Shown piece after piece: positions 12,538 to 26,491 of a stretch of 64,000 nt of DNA. A model generated the notes under the pieces. The model had not been told where the DNA came from, did not search any database, and saw only the letters and a program-made list of their open reading frames with translations. Origin of the DNA: Raja brachyura. Its lineage: Eukaryota. The DNA lies in the NCBI GenBank assembly GCA_963514005.1, contig OY740795.1, positions 4,836,001-4,900,000 of the forward strand, read 5' to 3'. The position numbers and the translations under genes are program-made. Numbering within the stretch: position 1 is the stretch's first letter; each line of letters starts with the position of its first letter.

Positions 12538-15500
12538 AGCCGACAGCAACCACACAGCGAGAGGATAAATCCTGTTTGAAAGATTAAGAGGCGGCACTAT
12601 TATGAGGAGACGGATGGATTGGCCGAATGGCCAAATCTCTGGCACATTACATTCCCATCTGATATAAGAAATGCCCAGTAAAACGGCCGCAGTTCACAAT
12701 GCAACCTGGTCTTACCAGTTACACGGAACTACAGTACCTCACAGACACTTTGTAATCAACGGAACTCGCTGACCCAGACAAATCCTATAAATGAGTTTCG
12801 GTCGACTATCCCCGACGTGTTTAGCATTAGGAGCCGCGGGGTGATCCTGGGGGCATCTTTCTAATAAACCGTTGCAGTGTGATTCCGCAGTCACACGAGG
12901 AGTAGGGGGACATTTGGGGAAGATATGACTTGCTTAGCCGGCAAAATTGTTCTATAATTGGTTGCCGGTTGTTCCAAGGCACATGATACACACAAAGATT
13001 CTGAAGTTCTGGTTTATATTTATCCATTGTGTACGCTAGACCCAAACATAAATTCCCGCGTGCATGACCTGCCTGGTTACACCATTGCCTAACGAGGGGA
13101 AATAGTTCAATAAACAAAACAAAACTAAACCAATTCAGCAACGACCTCATCAGTTTTCCATACCCTTTTCAAATAATTGATCGCGACGCCACTCATGCTA
13201 AATTTCAAACAATACAATCCTAGATAGTTAACCTCTCTTCCCAGTTTAATCGTTGGCTGCAGGGGAGAGGCTAACGGGGTGGAATGGGGGCGCAGATTGA
13301 GAAGGTGAATAATTTAGTTTTAGAGAGGGAACTGCACCCTAATTTAGAGATTTAATGCCAATAAACAATAGAGAAATCACAATAGACAATAGTTGCAGGA
13401 GTAGGCCATTCGGCCCTTCGAGCCAACACCGCTATTCAGTGTGATGATGGCTGATCAGTACCCCATTCCAGCCTTCTCCCCATATACTCTGCTATCTTTA
13501 AGAGAGATAGAGCTCTTGAAGTTAGCAGAGTCAAGGGATATGGGGAGAAGGCAGGAACGGGGTACTGTCTCTTTAAAGCATCCAAAGAATCGGCCTCCAC
13601 TGCCTTCTGAAGCAGAGAATTGCACAGATTCACAACTCGCTGGGTGAAAAAGTTTTTCCTCACCTCCGTTCTAAATGGCTTACCCACTTATTCTTTAAGT
13701 GAACGATGGTGGCAGTAGGGGTGGGTGGGTGTTGGGACAGCCATAAGCCCAGGACGAAATATGATTTTCATCTTCTTCCTTAAATTGTAGGAACAGAATT
13801 AGGCTCTTCAGCCTATTAGGTCTCCCCCGCCATTCACTCATGGATAACCTATCCTCCAACATACTCGCTCCAACCGCCGCCCCCACCCCCTCCCCATCTT
13901 CATTTAGTGAAAGCAAGTTAATCCAATACACTTGGCATTCCTTCCCCAAGGCTGGTAATATTTGTAGCTATACTATGTCTTCTACGCACTTGTCTTAATG
14001 TTCCATATACAAACAGTATTGGATTGGTTACTTATTACATATTAAAGAAACCTGCATTGACATAATGATTCCAATATTCCTTTGTATCATTGGAATACCC
14101 ACTGCCTTTGATACATTAGAGGATTTCAAATTTAATTTCATTTTCGCTCTGAACTGACCGACTGACGCTTTAAAATAATTGTCCGAATTTGGCCCATTCT
14201 TGATGACATCAAATCTTAAAAATCTTTCTAGAAACAAGGAACTGCAGGTGCTTGTTTTCAAGGAAAAATGCAAGCATGTGCACGAGCAACTCCGCGGGTC
14301 AGGCAGCATCAACCAGAACACGGATCGGTCACGTTTCGGGTCGGGACACTTCAGAACTTCTTCAAACACCTTTACATTACTTGCAATATTACCAGTTTTG
14401 TGTTATCGATTATCTATACCAGATTGTGGGAGAGTTTCTTCCCAGCCGTTATCAAGCAACTGAACTATCCTATCAAGAACCAAAGTGGTGTCCTGGCTTG
14501 CTTCTACCTCTTTGGAGACACTCGGACTATCTTTAATCGGGCTTCACGGGACTTTACCTTCCGCTAAACGTTGCTCCCTTTATCCTGTAATTGGACACTG
14601 TTGCTTGATTGTAGTCATGTATAATCTTTCTGCTGACTAGATAGTACGCAACTAAAAGGCTTTCCACTGCACCTCGCTACACGTGCCAATAACCTAAATT
14701 AAATTAAACTAAACTAAACTACCTTTCTATCCTATAAGATTAACCGCTAATGAAGCCGGTAGAGACTCCGAAACAGAAGGCACCGGCTCTATAGCTGGAC
14801 CCTAGAATCCTCTGATTCAAAACCGACATCAAAGAGTTGAGATAATACTCAACTGCGTTAAGGGGACCTCCTGTCCAGATTTATCTTTGATGGTATTTGC
14901 AATTTCACCAATGGACCAATACCAGAACTTTGAATTGATTTCAGCTGGACTGATTGAGGCAGTGGTATCCTAAATAACACGTGCCTCCTCCACCTACTTC
15001 CTGATCCGCACCTGCAAATTGCAACGCGAAGTCAGGAACCATGTGCAATTCAGATACCGGAATTCCCACTTGGTCCTCGATTAGCAAGACCATGGCAGTT
15101 GCCATTTGTACGATGGAGGCGTTTTGACTGAACTTAAAAATGGAAGCTGGGGTCGTCTTTTCAACCCCGCATATCTTCTCCGCCTTTCATTACAATCCTG
15201 GCTGTCTTTTTGTCAACTGAGCTGCTCATACTTGTACCAAACTCACCTCATGTGATTCGACGATTTATATATCTGATCCTTGAATGCACCACACATTCAT
15301 GGAAATAATTTGAAAAATGCGCCACCTTGTATCTACAGATATTTTACTAATTTCTGCCCTGAGTGTCCAAACTTTTTAGTTTTGAATTGTGATATGAGAT
15401 ATTTTAATCTACAGCCAACGGAAGCAAACTCCCCACTTCTCCATATGAGGTCTATAATAACAGCGTGGCCTCTTTCGCTTTGAAAACAGCAATATGGTTT

Positions 15501-15752
15501 AGGCCCCCCTGCACAATGTTTTCTCAGGCGCAATCCAATTTCAAATAAATTTAGTACAATTTCCTTGCCAATCCTCACTACTTCCGCGGCTGTCAGCAAT
15601 ATCCCAGACTACAATTCAGTGGGGAGCTATAGATTAGTTCTGAAATCTCACAGTAAAATTGTGTGAATATTCACAAAATCTGAAAATATTTTATTAATTT
15701 CTGATACATTTTTAAACTAAATTTGGTAAAATTACTTTCTGAACGTTTTAGA

Positions 15753-16615
15753 AACATAGAAACATAGAAAGCAGTGCATGAGGGGGTCATTCGGCCCTTC
15801 GAGCCAGCACCGCCATTCATTGTAATCATGGCTGATCGTCCCCAATTAATAACCCGTGCCTGCTTTCTCCGCATATCCCTTTATTGCACCGACCCCGAGA
15901 GCTCTATCTAACTCTCTCTTAAATCCACGCAGCGATTTGTACTCCACTGTCCTCTGTGGCAGGGAATTCCACAAATTCACAATTCTCTGGGTGAAAACGT
16001 TTTTTCTCACCTCAGTCCTAAATAGCCTCCCCTTTATTCGGTGTCTTATTTATTATTTAAGACTGTGGCCCCTGGCTCTGGACTCGCCTAATATTGGAAA
16101 CATTTTTCCTGCACCTAGCCTGTCCAGTCCTTTTATAATTTTATATGTTTCTATACGACCCCCCCTCATCCTTCTAAACTCCAGTGAGTATAAACCTAGT
16201 CTTTTCAATCTTTCCTCATATGACAGTCCAGCCATCGCATCGATTGAAGCCATGCTGCACTGCCTCAATCACAAGGATGTCCTTCCTCAAATTACGAGAC
16301 CAAACCTGTACACTGTAATAATCTACCCCCTTGTTTTTGCTACCAAAAGTGGATAACCTCACATGTATCTATATTATACTGCATCTGCCACGCATCTGCC
16401 CACTCACGCAACCTACCCAGGTCACCCTGCAACCTCCTAACATCCTCTTCACAGTTCACGCTGCCACCCAGCTTTGTGTCATCCGAAAATTTGCCAGTGA
16501 TGCTCATAATTCTCTCTTCCAAAACATTAATATATGGTAAACAGTTGCGGCCACAACACGGAACATTGCGGCACTCCACTCGCCACTACCTGCCATTCTG
16601 AAAAGGACCGGCCTG
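15753..16615 (-). mobile_element. CR1 LINE fragment
   Basis: KFSDDTKLGG...LGLYSLEFRRMRG motifs with internal deletions and 3' tail. Confidence 0.9.
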
Positions 16616-17454
16616 AAGGCCGCCGACCCGAAACGTCGCCTGTCCAACTTCCTTGATCGATGTTCGTTAGCCCCTGTGCTACTCCAGCGCTAAGTGTTTA
16701 GTTTAGTGTAGTTCAGAGATACTGTGTGGAAACAGGCTCATCGGCCCACCGAGTCCGCGCTAACCAGCGAATACCCCTATACTAGTTCCATGCGACACAC
16801 TAAAGAGCAATTTACAGAAGCCAATTAACCTCCAAAGCTATGCGTCCTTCGAATGTGGCTGGAAACCGGAGCACCCTAAGAAAATCGATGCGGTCACTGG
16901 GATACCGCACAAACCGTGGAGGGTGCAGTCCCGCGACGCGAGGGAATTCAGTTTTAAGTGGGGTCTTGTGGGGTTCGGTGTGTGATGCTAGCAAAAGGGC
17001 AGTATGCATTCATAAAGCAAATGAGTGAAATAAAAAATAGTTACTTGGCAAATTCTATAGAAATGATCCGGGTGGGAAGGCGAGTCTTTGCAGGAAATAT
17101 TCACACCATCGTCGGATAAGAATGAAACTAGAAAACCTCCAGATTCGGTGATATTTTCAATCGAAAATTTAAACCAATATCTATTCACCCTTTTTCGTTA
17201 ATTATGATACGAGATTGTCCTTGCACAAATACGTCAAGTAAATAAAACAAACTCTGGAATCTGAGCAGCGATGGTGTGCGAGGATCTGAGTAAGCTGAGT
17301 AATTGTCACCCCACCATCCCAGTCTCCGAAAAAGCGACAGCATAGATGTTTTCCTTCATATGAGGGAAGTTATTACTTTGTACTCAGTAATGCTTTCCTC
17401 TTAATTGCAAAGACAAAAGCACGCATTGGGAAACCAGAAGTTTTTCATTCTGAA

Positions 17455-17460
17455 TTTATT
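17455..17460 (-). terminator. Polyadenylation signal of secretory IgNAR
   Basis: AATAAA about 280 nt after the secretory stop, followed by T-rich sequence on the sense strand. Confidence 0.7.
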
Positions 17461-17738
17461 GCAATATTAAGCCACAGACAAGAAAAAAGCGCAATCTCCT
17501 ACCTATTTAACAACATATCCGAAGCATTCTCAACGTTACAGCACAACCTGGACCGTTATATGTTTTACATATTCTCATCATAGTTTTCTGTGGTTGGTGA
17601 AATTAGTGAAATAATTTACTATTTGTCGAATAATCTGAAGGGTGACATGGTATGGGATACGAAGGAGTCGGCGGGCTCAGAAGCTCACTCAGCGACGCAA
17701 GGCTAAGCTTCCAAGCATTAGACATGAATCACAGAGAG

Positions 17739-18121
17739 TTAGATGCACGATTTAAAAGTGTCGGTCAGAACGAGTGACACATTAACTAAAGTAGGTTTAC
17801 CGTGAGTCTTATTGATACTTCTGACTAAATTCGTTGCGAGGGACGGGTGTCCAACCAAACAGGTAAAGGTGGTCCCCTTCTCCCAGTCATCAGCAGTTAC
17901 TTTTAACTTGCTGGCAACTGAGCTGGAGCCGTTTTCCTTGTCTGTGTCAAGTTGGATGGTGTAACCCGAATCCAAAAGGGTGTCGTTGGCCATCCAGGCG
18001 ACGTATATGTCTGACGGGTAAAACCCGGTGGCGAGGCAAACTATTGTGGCAACTTTCTCGGCTTGAATCTCTTCCGATGATGGGTGCAGCAGGTAGACAT
18101 TAGGACGTTCCATTTCGGTAA
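17739..18121 (-). CDS. IgNAR: IgNAR C5 exon plus secretory tailpiece (GKPTLVNVSLVLTDTFKSCI*)
   Basis: tttccag|TT; C1-set domain. Internal membrane-form donor CAC G|GTAAAC at 17801/17800. Tailpiece has an NVS sequon and penultimate Cys; TAA at 17741-17739. Confidence 0.96.
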
Positions 18122-19012
18122 CTGGAAAGAGAACAAAACCCATTGAAAAAGACACAATGATTTGAAAATGCACGAATCTTATGTAAATTACAAACTGTTA
18201 GATGAACTGAGCGGATCAGGTAGCATCTATTGAGGGGAATAGACAAGTGACGTTTCCGTTCCGATCTTTTTTCAGATATGCTGTTCTATCCATGACCTAA
18301 ACTTCCCATTCCATCTTTTTGCTAGATTCGGGGCGTTCAAATATCAATGAAAGCAACAAATGAGGAGATCATCCGGTGCCAAATATATGATATATTGCAT
18401 TTTCCCCTGTGGGACAGAAAGTTTAACATTTAGAAACGTGTTATTTCATGTCTGCGGAAGCCTATATTTTTCGTTTCAGATACGTTCAGATGGTTTCACA
18501 GGAAAGGGCCCTTAGGCCAATCGAGCTACGCCTACCACCGATCACCCGTTCACCATCATTTTATTTGATCCCAGTTTCTCATCAATCATCAATCATCTTG
18601 GCAGTTTACAGATATTCATATTGGCAGTTTACAGAGGGGAATTACCCTACGCATAAGCACTTCCTTTGTATGTGGCGACAAAGCGGAGCACCGGGGGCAC
18701 GTGGTCAGAGTGCGAACGTGCAATCGCCAGGCACAGAGCACTGGAGGTCAGGATCGAACCCGGGTGTCTGGCATTGTGAGACAACCGCTTTATCAGCTGC
18801 GTCACAACGCCCCCCCCCCCATCCATGCTGGCACGGGCGCCCTGAACGTCCTATTCTGATGGGTTGCCATTCGCTGCTAAATGTAGGGCGTGAAGTAAAA
18901 GCTGAAGGACAATTCTGTTATTTTCATTCTATCACCTCGGCGCGGGATGGTCATGTCTCAGACTTTATTGCAGGGGCTATAATGGCTCTGAACGACTGTT
19001 AACTGTGCTTAC

Positions 19013-19333
19013 CCTTGGAGCTTGTCGTGGAGACTTTCACTGGCGTTGGCAGATCATTGTCTTCTACGAAGCACAGGTATTCAACCCCACTCTCCCACTC
19101 TTCGACGCTGACCTGCAGCTTGCTGACGATGACAGATTTACTTCCCCTCCACTCAGGATCCCGAGTCTGTACTCCTTCCATTCTCAGACTCCCATTCACT
19201 CGCCACGAGACCTTGACGTTCTGCAAATCGGTGTAAACAACTTCACAAACAATTGTTGCTTTCTGAAGTGTCCAGATCTCCTCAAATGAAGGTGTTTGTA
19301 TGGCAGCATTGATGTCAACCACATTGCAGTCTT
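19013..19333 (-). CDS. IgNAR: IgNAR constant domain C4 exon
   Basis: ttttgccag|AA ... G|GTAAGC, 321 nt. EDCN...PSFEEIWTLQKATIVCEVVY...WESGVEYLC; the extra N-terminal Cys is at the position expected for the interchain disulfide. Confidence 0.95.
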
Positions 19334-21934
19334 CTGGCAAAAAATAAATGGGAGTGGTTATTCTCCTTCCGAAACGTTGAAGCTGCGGATAATAGCAACT
19401 GTAACCGGGTTAAGTGTAACAATTAATTCTACTTACTGCATATCCTCCATTGATTTCTGGTTAGCTAAGAAGGCTCCTCCCCCCTTCGTGCCTTGGTTCC
19501 TGTCTTCTTAGGTTGATGTCCTTAGTAATATTTCCTTTCACTTATACCGCAGTGCAAGAATTACACGACCTGACTTTAACTATAACCGATGTCTCGTATT
19601 CCGGGGATGCAAGCATTCGCTCACTCGTTCGTCTGAAGATTGTTAGCATTTACCACTGGCCTGAACTTGGCCGGTCATAAAATGGTTCACACAAAACGAA
19701 AAATCGTTTCTCTCTTTCATTCTCCAATTTAATTCTAAATCCTCCTTAACCGAAGGGGGCGAGTAAATCGAAAGTTGCGCTCAGTGCCCAATCGCCATGT
19801 TTGACAGTGATTTCCTGTCCATGGGGTGGAGGTGGGGGATGTGAATAATTCGGACAAACACCACTGTTGGATGGCTTGACATTCATTACATCCTCGTTTT
19901 ATGAAGTGACTTTTTAATATGTTCAGTATGATGTTCGTGGAGAAATAATCAGAAATGTCAAATCGTGTATTTAATCTCAAATTGAAGCATCACTGTATTG
20001 TCTTACACGATCACGTGACCAAACACAACAGTGCGAATGTATTTCCCGGGTGTTCTTACCGAATGAATTACACCTGAAATTATTTAAACTACAACAATGT
20101 AATCATCGACAACGATAAATAATAGCGGAATCAGGGGATAGGGGGAAAAAGGCAGGAACGGGGTACTGATTGGGGATGATCAGCCATGATCACATTGAAT
20201 GGCGGTGGTGGCTCGAAGGACGAATGGCCTACTCCTGCACCTATGTCTATTGTATATTGTCTATTGACAACGCCAACGTTTAAATTCCAGCAGATTGGAT
20301 TAAGCACAGTGTTTTTTTTTTAATAGGTTCGTCGTAAAATTCGCCCACTGTGCCAATAGCATAGATGGCAATGTGGTCGATACTGTTGATGTCCTGAAGA
20401 TGGCAGAGGCTCTCTGATTTAGCTGACTTATTTGATCATCAATCCTTAAATATCATAGCGCTCCATCCAAGATCTGTCATATTTAAAGACGTATATTTTG
20501 ATTTCTAGTAACTGTTCTGTACTGCCTGGCGCTGAATGAAGATATTAACAGTATTTAGGCGTAGAGAGAGGAGGTGGGAGTGGGGTGGGGTTGGGGGGTT
20601 AGCATGGGGTGGGGTTAGGTTACGACCTGGTAGCATAAGCAGACAAACGAAATACATACGAATCCTCCAATTAAACGTGTTCAGAATGTGGAAAGGTATC
20701 CCAAATATCCAGCCAAGTTCTATTAAATCCCGGTATATTTCACTTTGCACTATCTGATGTAGTTGTATACGACGTGAGTGTATTCATTATAATACGATCT
20801 GCTGTACAACGCGCAGGCAAAGTTTTACACTGTAGCTCAGTACACCTGACGATATTAAAGCAATGCACTAGCGCTGAAATCCATTATAATTGTAAACAGC
20901 TATAAGTAACTCAGCGATGTTAGGAGATTGTAAAGTTCCATAATCACCACTGACACTGCTTTGTTCAACTGTTGCAGTCCAACTTCTGTTCTGTATGGTA
21001 TGCCAGGTTGCCGGGTATGGCAGGGTATCAGGCTATGAACCAAGCGAAGATGAAAAACGAGATATTTGCAAGGCAGAATGTGGGAGCGTGGAGGAGAACA
21101 TGCAAGTGAGTGCATTCCCGAAATTACATAGCACATGTCCATCTGATGTCTGAGGCTTGGGAGGTGGTGTCAATATAGCATGGGTGAATAATTGCTGCGC
21201 ATCTTGTAGCTGGTAAACAGTGCAACCACCGTGCACCAGTGGGGCAGTAAATACTGGTTCGTGGCCGAGTGAGCTGAGGCCAACATGGTATCACGCAGAT
21301 CAGCATTGGGTGCTCTCAATCCATTTCAATACTTTGATTGTGGGTTTAGATTAAGTGCAGCTACACTTGCTCTTGGACGTCTGGGGCATATGGAGGATTT
21401 ACTGGGATGAAGACGTTCAAGAAATGGATAGATGCTTCGTAGATAAAAAAAAGTAATGTGAAAATATATGACGATATCGACTTTTCTAGAAGTAAATCGA
21501 AAGATAGAGTAAGCTAGTCATAGACTGAAGGGTAAAAAGTGTTGCAAGAATCGGAAAGTCAGACAGCATTTGGGGAGGGAATGGACAATGAGACTGAAGA
21601 AGCATACAGACCCGAAATCTTGTCTGTCCATTCCCTGCACAGATGCTGCAGGGACCGGTGAGTTCTTCCTGCAGCACTTAGTGTTTTGCTGAAACGTCCA
21701 GTATCTACAATTTCTTGTGTCTCCTGAGACTAAGATATTGGTGTTCAGATATGCCCTTGTATCCTTGGGCATGAACTATTGCAAATCAAGTGTAGGTTGT
21801 CAAAACTGTAGTTTTGAAAATGGCAGCACAAATTGGAATATGGCATGGAACTTTCTTTACACAGGCATGAACAACGGCATTTGTTAAAGTTTTGTGAATG
21901 GAGTTAAACAACATGCCGACTTCTGACCTAAACA

Positions 21935-22400
21935 TCTCTTTTGAAAGCATCCAGTGAATCGTTCCCCCACTGCCTTCTGAAGCAGAGGATTCCACAAATT
22001 CACACCCCTCTGGGTGAAAATGATTTTCCTCATCTGAGTTCTAAATGGCCTACCCCTAAATGGCCTAAACCGTGGACCCTGTTTCTGAACTCCCACAACA
22101 TTTGGCACATGTTTCCTGCATCTAGCGTGTCCAATCCCTTAATAATGTTACATGTTTCCATAAGATCCCCTCTCATCCTTCTAAACCTCAGTGAATACAA
22201 GCCTAGTCGTTCCATTCTTTGTTCAAATGACAGTCTCGTAATCCCGGGAATTAACCCCGTGAACCTACGTTGCACTCCCTCAATGGCATGAATGTCCTTC
22301 CTCAAATTAGGAGAGCAAAACTGCACACAATATTCCAGGCGTGGTCTCACCATGGCCCTATACAACTGCTGAAGGGCCACTTTGCTATTATACTTAAATC
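21935..22400 (-). mobile_element. CR1 LINE fragment
   Basis: VRPRLEYCVQFCSPNLRKDI motif. Confidence 0.9.
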
Positions 22401-23767
22401 CTAATCACGTATAGTGCTTTAATTGACTGGATAGCACGCAACTAAAATGCTTTTCACTGTACCTCGGAGCACATGACACGAATAAACGAAAGTAATCTAA
22501 CATAAAACTACTGAGAGCTCTTGGGATTATACTATGATGGTCTCCATCATTTGCGTTGGTGCAAGATATGGTCCGATTGCGCCGATACGATGATATATCC
22601 CATGAAACTGTTAAATGATACGATTGACAGGTGTTCATTATTCCAACAATTATTGCTCTTGTATACCTTCTGAACCTTCTGAATTTGTAGTCGGCACAGC
22701 AGTACTCTGCATATCGCCAACTTGTATACCGTCTTCCCCGTGAATTGGGATCTAATGGCGCAAATAACGCCTGCATTTAAATTAACAATTTTTCCTTTGT
22801 GAGTACCGCTATTTAAGTTTTACTGTTATCCCCCCTCCACCCTCCCCCCACACACACACACCGCATTCTGCTGATCCTGGATGGAGACATGCCTTATTGC
22901 CACGTCAAGGCAGAAGGTCACAGAAACCCTGGACGTCACCATGCGTCAGGGAGGGAATTCACTTTCAACAAGTGACGAAGTTTAAAGTCCAAAGGAATGA
23001 TCATGATCACAATTAGGAACAAAATGAAAGGATGCGACTAATTTGCACTCGTCACATCGTGGTTATTGCATCAATACTTTGTTAATGTCATGCTGACCAA
23101 CCGTCGCAGGTGATCGGAGGGCTTCAATACTTCGCATGCGCATTACCTCACAATAATTAGCTGCGCCTACGTTCTGCCTCCAATCAATGAACCGAAGATA
23201 ATCGAACATCGCCAGGCTGCTGAACAGTGAATTCCAATGACTGGATTCGCACACAGCTTTCCGTGCCGTCCATATTGCGGGTTTGCCATTTAATCATCTT
23301 ATTTATCACCCCATTATGTCATAAAACCTCAAGACACAGGAGTAGAATTAGGCCATTCACCCCATCGATCATCTAATAGATTGAGTTTACTTATCTATCT
23401 ACTAGCTAATGTCGCGTCAATTTATACGCATGGATCACATTTATTTTTAAGGAGTCTGATTACAAGTGTGATCCATTAGTCCATGATCGCAGATTATATT
23501 CGAAGACGCCAAAGAATGCTCCATACACGGTGCCATTCCTGAATTACGACCTATATATACTGTTCATGCTGCACCCTATTGGGATCATATCACTCGTGGG
23601 GCACTTTAAAATTTCTCATGCAATTGGTCTCCCCGTATGAAGCAGATGTCCGATAATATATGCAGTATTTCGGTTGATATTATTATTATACCGGACCTTC
23701 AGAGAGCCCGAATACTTCTCCCGTGCTTTAAACAAACCGACCAACCTGGTCTCCCAGTACTCTAGAT

Positions 23768-23840
23768 CTGATCATTGGAGACCTTTGGTGGAATTCACCT
23801 GCTGACCATTGGAGACCTTTGGTGGAATTTACCCGCTGAC
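23768..23840. repeat. 34-bp tandem duplication just after the C3 donor
   Basis: CTGA(T/C)CATTGGAGACCTTTGGTGGAATT(C/T)ACC(T/C)G twice. Confidence 0.9.
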
Positions 23841-23892
23841 TCCCGATGAAGTGCGCATATTGACTTTGTGTATTTTGACATGTTGTCTTTAC

Positions 23893-24210
23893 CTTTCGTG
23901 ATCCGGATGCTTCGCTTCAGGATAGATTGTGAAGGGAGGTGCGTGGCTACACATGAGTATGTTGCTCCTTTCTTCCAATCGGCTGGTGTCAAAAAGAGAA
24001 GGCTCTTTGCGCTGAACGTCTTGTCCTGTTCCAGCGCCGCGGGGATGTTGGTAGCGTTAGAGCGGAATGCGGCTCCGTCTTTCTCCCAGGATACAGTCAT
24101 ATCGTTTGGATAGAATTCTGTGATCAAACATGTCAGTGTCGCGGTGTTAGCACTTTGAATCTCCTCCGGAGATGGCGGCAAGAGACGGATTGTTGGTTGC
24201 ACTGGTTTGG
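23893..24210 (-). CDS. IgNAR: IgNAR constant domain C3 exon
   Basis: ttctag|CC ... G|GTAAAG, 318 nt. AKPVQPTIRLLPPSPEEIQSANTATLTCLITEFYP...YSCVATHLPS. Confidence 0.95.
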
Positions 24211-25485
24211 CTAGAAGGGAAAGTAAAGCAACATTATACTTCCAATAATTGATTGTTCCGTTCCTGGACACATGACAATAAACCACTCTTGACACTTGAC
24301 ACCAGTGATGAAATGACGCTCTATATATTTAGGGAGCCAGGAAGGTTACCCACGGCTACACAAGGAACATATCAGTGAAAGTAGGCAGATAATTAATAGA
24401 AGGAGTTCAACCCTGACGAATGAGACTAGATGCATTTTGGGAAATAATAGCGCTGGGCGACATATACGGTAGGTGATGTCATTGAGGAATGTTGATGATG
24501 TCAAAGACTTTAACGTTAAAGTTCAGTTTCTCGAAAGTAGCGACTCGGATAGACAGTACAGGGGAGTGTGGCTTAGCTGTTTTCATCGGTTAGGGCATAC
24601 AAGTTGGAAAATTATATACCAACTTTCCAACATACATGCTAGGTACATGTTAGGCGACGCTTGGAATATAGATGGCAGTTCTTGGCGCCACGCAGTAGGA
24701 CGGACATCACAGCGCGGGACAGAGCGCAGATGAAATGCACCGGATGTTGCCTTAATTAGCGGACTTTAGTTATTGGGGGAGGTTTGTTAGGTCTGGTTTG
24801 TCTTCGATGAAGTAAAAGAGCAGAGGGTGAGGTGACCAAATAAAATAGATTTAGTGTAGAAGTAGTGTCAATAATGATCAGCTCACTTTGGTGCTCAGTT
24901 GGCCGAAGGGCCCGATGCTATGCGGTAGGACTCAATTAATTGATCAAACACTTCAGTTCAACAAAACCTTAGAAACATCACGGCGCACCGTGGCGCAGCT
25001 GGTGGAACTGCTTCCTCGGAGTGCCAGAGCCCGAGTTAGATCCCTACCTCAGATGCTCTCCGTATGGAGTTGATATGTTCTCCATATGTCTGTGTGGGTT
25101 TCCTTCCATTGCTCATTTTTTCCTCAAAACGCGCGCGTTTGTAGGTTAATTGGCCTTTGTAAACATTGCCCCAAGTGTGTTGGAAATGTATGCGGATATG
25201 GGATAACAGAGAACAAGTGTTACCGGATGATCGGTGGTCAACGTGGATTTGGTAGACCTAGCGGTGTTTCGATGCTGTCCATCTATACGAACTAAATTAT
25301 AGCTGAATCGATTGATAATTTCCCACTTTCGCCCTGACCACCCCCCAACTCAGTTTTTACCACCCCCCCCCCCCCCACCCAACTCATCTTCATGCATGCT
25401 TACTCTGTAATCTGACTTCCATTAGTTTTCTTGCTAGGTCAGTATGTATACCGTTTTGCATTTGCATTGTTGTTATTGCACGAAC

Positions 25486-25788
25486 CTTTAGCCTTTCGTG
25501 TCCGCTGTGATACCGGAGTAGCTGAATGATGGTCCCGCGCCGAGCACGAGTACTCCACTCCGCTGTCCCATTCTGCGAGGTTGCTGGTCAAGCGGCCGAT
25601 CGTCAGGTACTGGTTCCCAGCCTTGGTAGCTTGATCGGTTTGAATACCAGCAACTCTTTCCTTTCCATCCACTGTCCAAGAGATCGCAACTTCAGTCGGA
25701 GCTGTGGAGATCACTTCACAGACCAGTGTCGCAGTTTTGTTGATCCAAATTTCTTCGACGGTGGGATCTCTGAGAAGTATTGCGAGGT
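25486..25788 (-). CDS. IgNAR: IgNAR constant domain C2 exon
   Basis: gccag|AC ... G|GTTCGT, 303 nt. DLAILLRDPTVEEIWINKTATLVCEV...WDSGVEYSCSA. Confidence 0.94.
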
Positions 25789-26173
25789 CTGGCAATGACA
25801 TTGAGGCAGTGATTTATTGGTGGCGAATCGGATATTAGGCAAGAAGCTCAATTTCAACCGTTTTTGATTTGCAGGTGTATCAGAGATTATGGGGAGAGGG
25901 CGGGGTTAGGAGGGGGAGATAGATCAACCATCTATGGCGGACTAGACTTGATGGGCCGAACGGCCTAATTGTGCTCCTATTACTTATGATCTTATGAGAT
26001 CATGATTTCACAAGTAAAGGGTTACATGCTAACAACTTAACATAGCATTTATTTATTAACTTCGTGCACAAGTCGCCATTCTGTGTGTATTTGAGTTACG
26101 TCATAACTATTCAAATATTGAGGTTGTAAGTATCCATGCATATTTCATCTATGAATGAACGGGCACCCTTTAC

Positions 26174-26491
26174 CTGACGTCGTTTGAATGTCTTTTTGGA
26201 CGGTGCTGCCGGTTGCAGAATGGGATACTTGGCAGGAGTATCGGGAACCGTTGGCCCAATCGTTAAGCGGCACTTTCAACACACTAGTCGAGGTAAACGT
26301 TCCGTCTGCAGTTTCAGCTGGGGGCGCAGTGGTAGAACCGGATGCGGCCTGTCCGTTTTTCAGCCAGTTCACCCTGATGTCTTGGGGCTGATATTCGCCG
26401 ATGAGACAAATCAGTTCGACTGAACCCTTTGCCTTTTGTTCGTCAGATGCAGAGTAGAGGAGGTTGATGATTGGTGGCGTCGGTTGTTTTC
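26174..26491 (-). CDS. IgNAR: IgNAR constant domain C1 exon
   Basis: ttcag|GA ... G|GTAAAG, 318 nt. GKQPTPPIINLLYSASDEQKAKGSVELICLI...YSCQVSHSAT is a C1-set Ig fold matching the IgNAR C1 pattern. Confidence 0.95.

Noticed and set aside
15315-15335. Other CTCF-like cores (also ~1635, ~48445, ~52500, ~63155)
   Set aside because: Miss key core positions, lack a properly spaced upstream motif, or lie inside CR1; no convincing convergent partner upstream of V was found.
25460-25467. Additional perfect octamers (also 42976-42983 and 53878-53885)
   Set aside because: A few chance 8-mer hits are expected in 64 kb of AT-rich DNA, and these have no promoter context.
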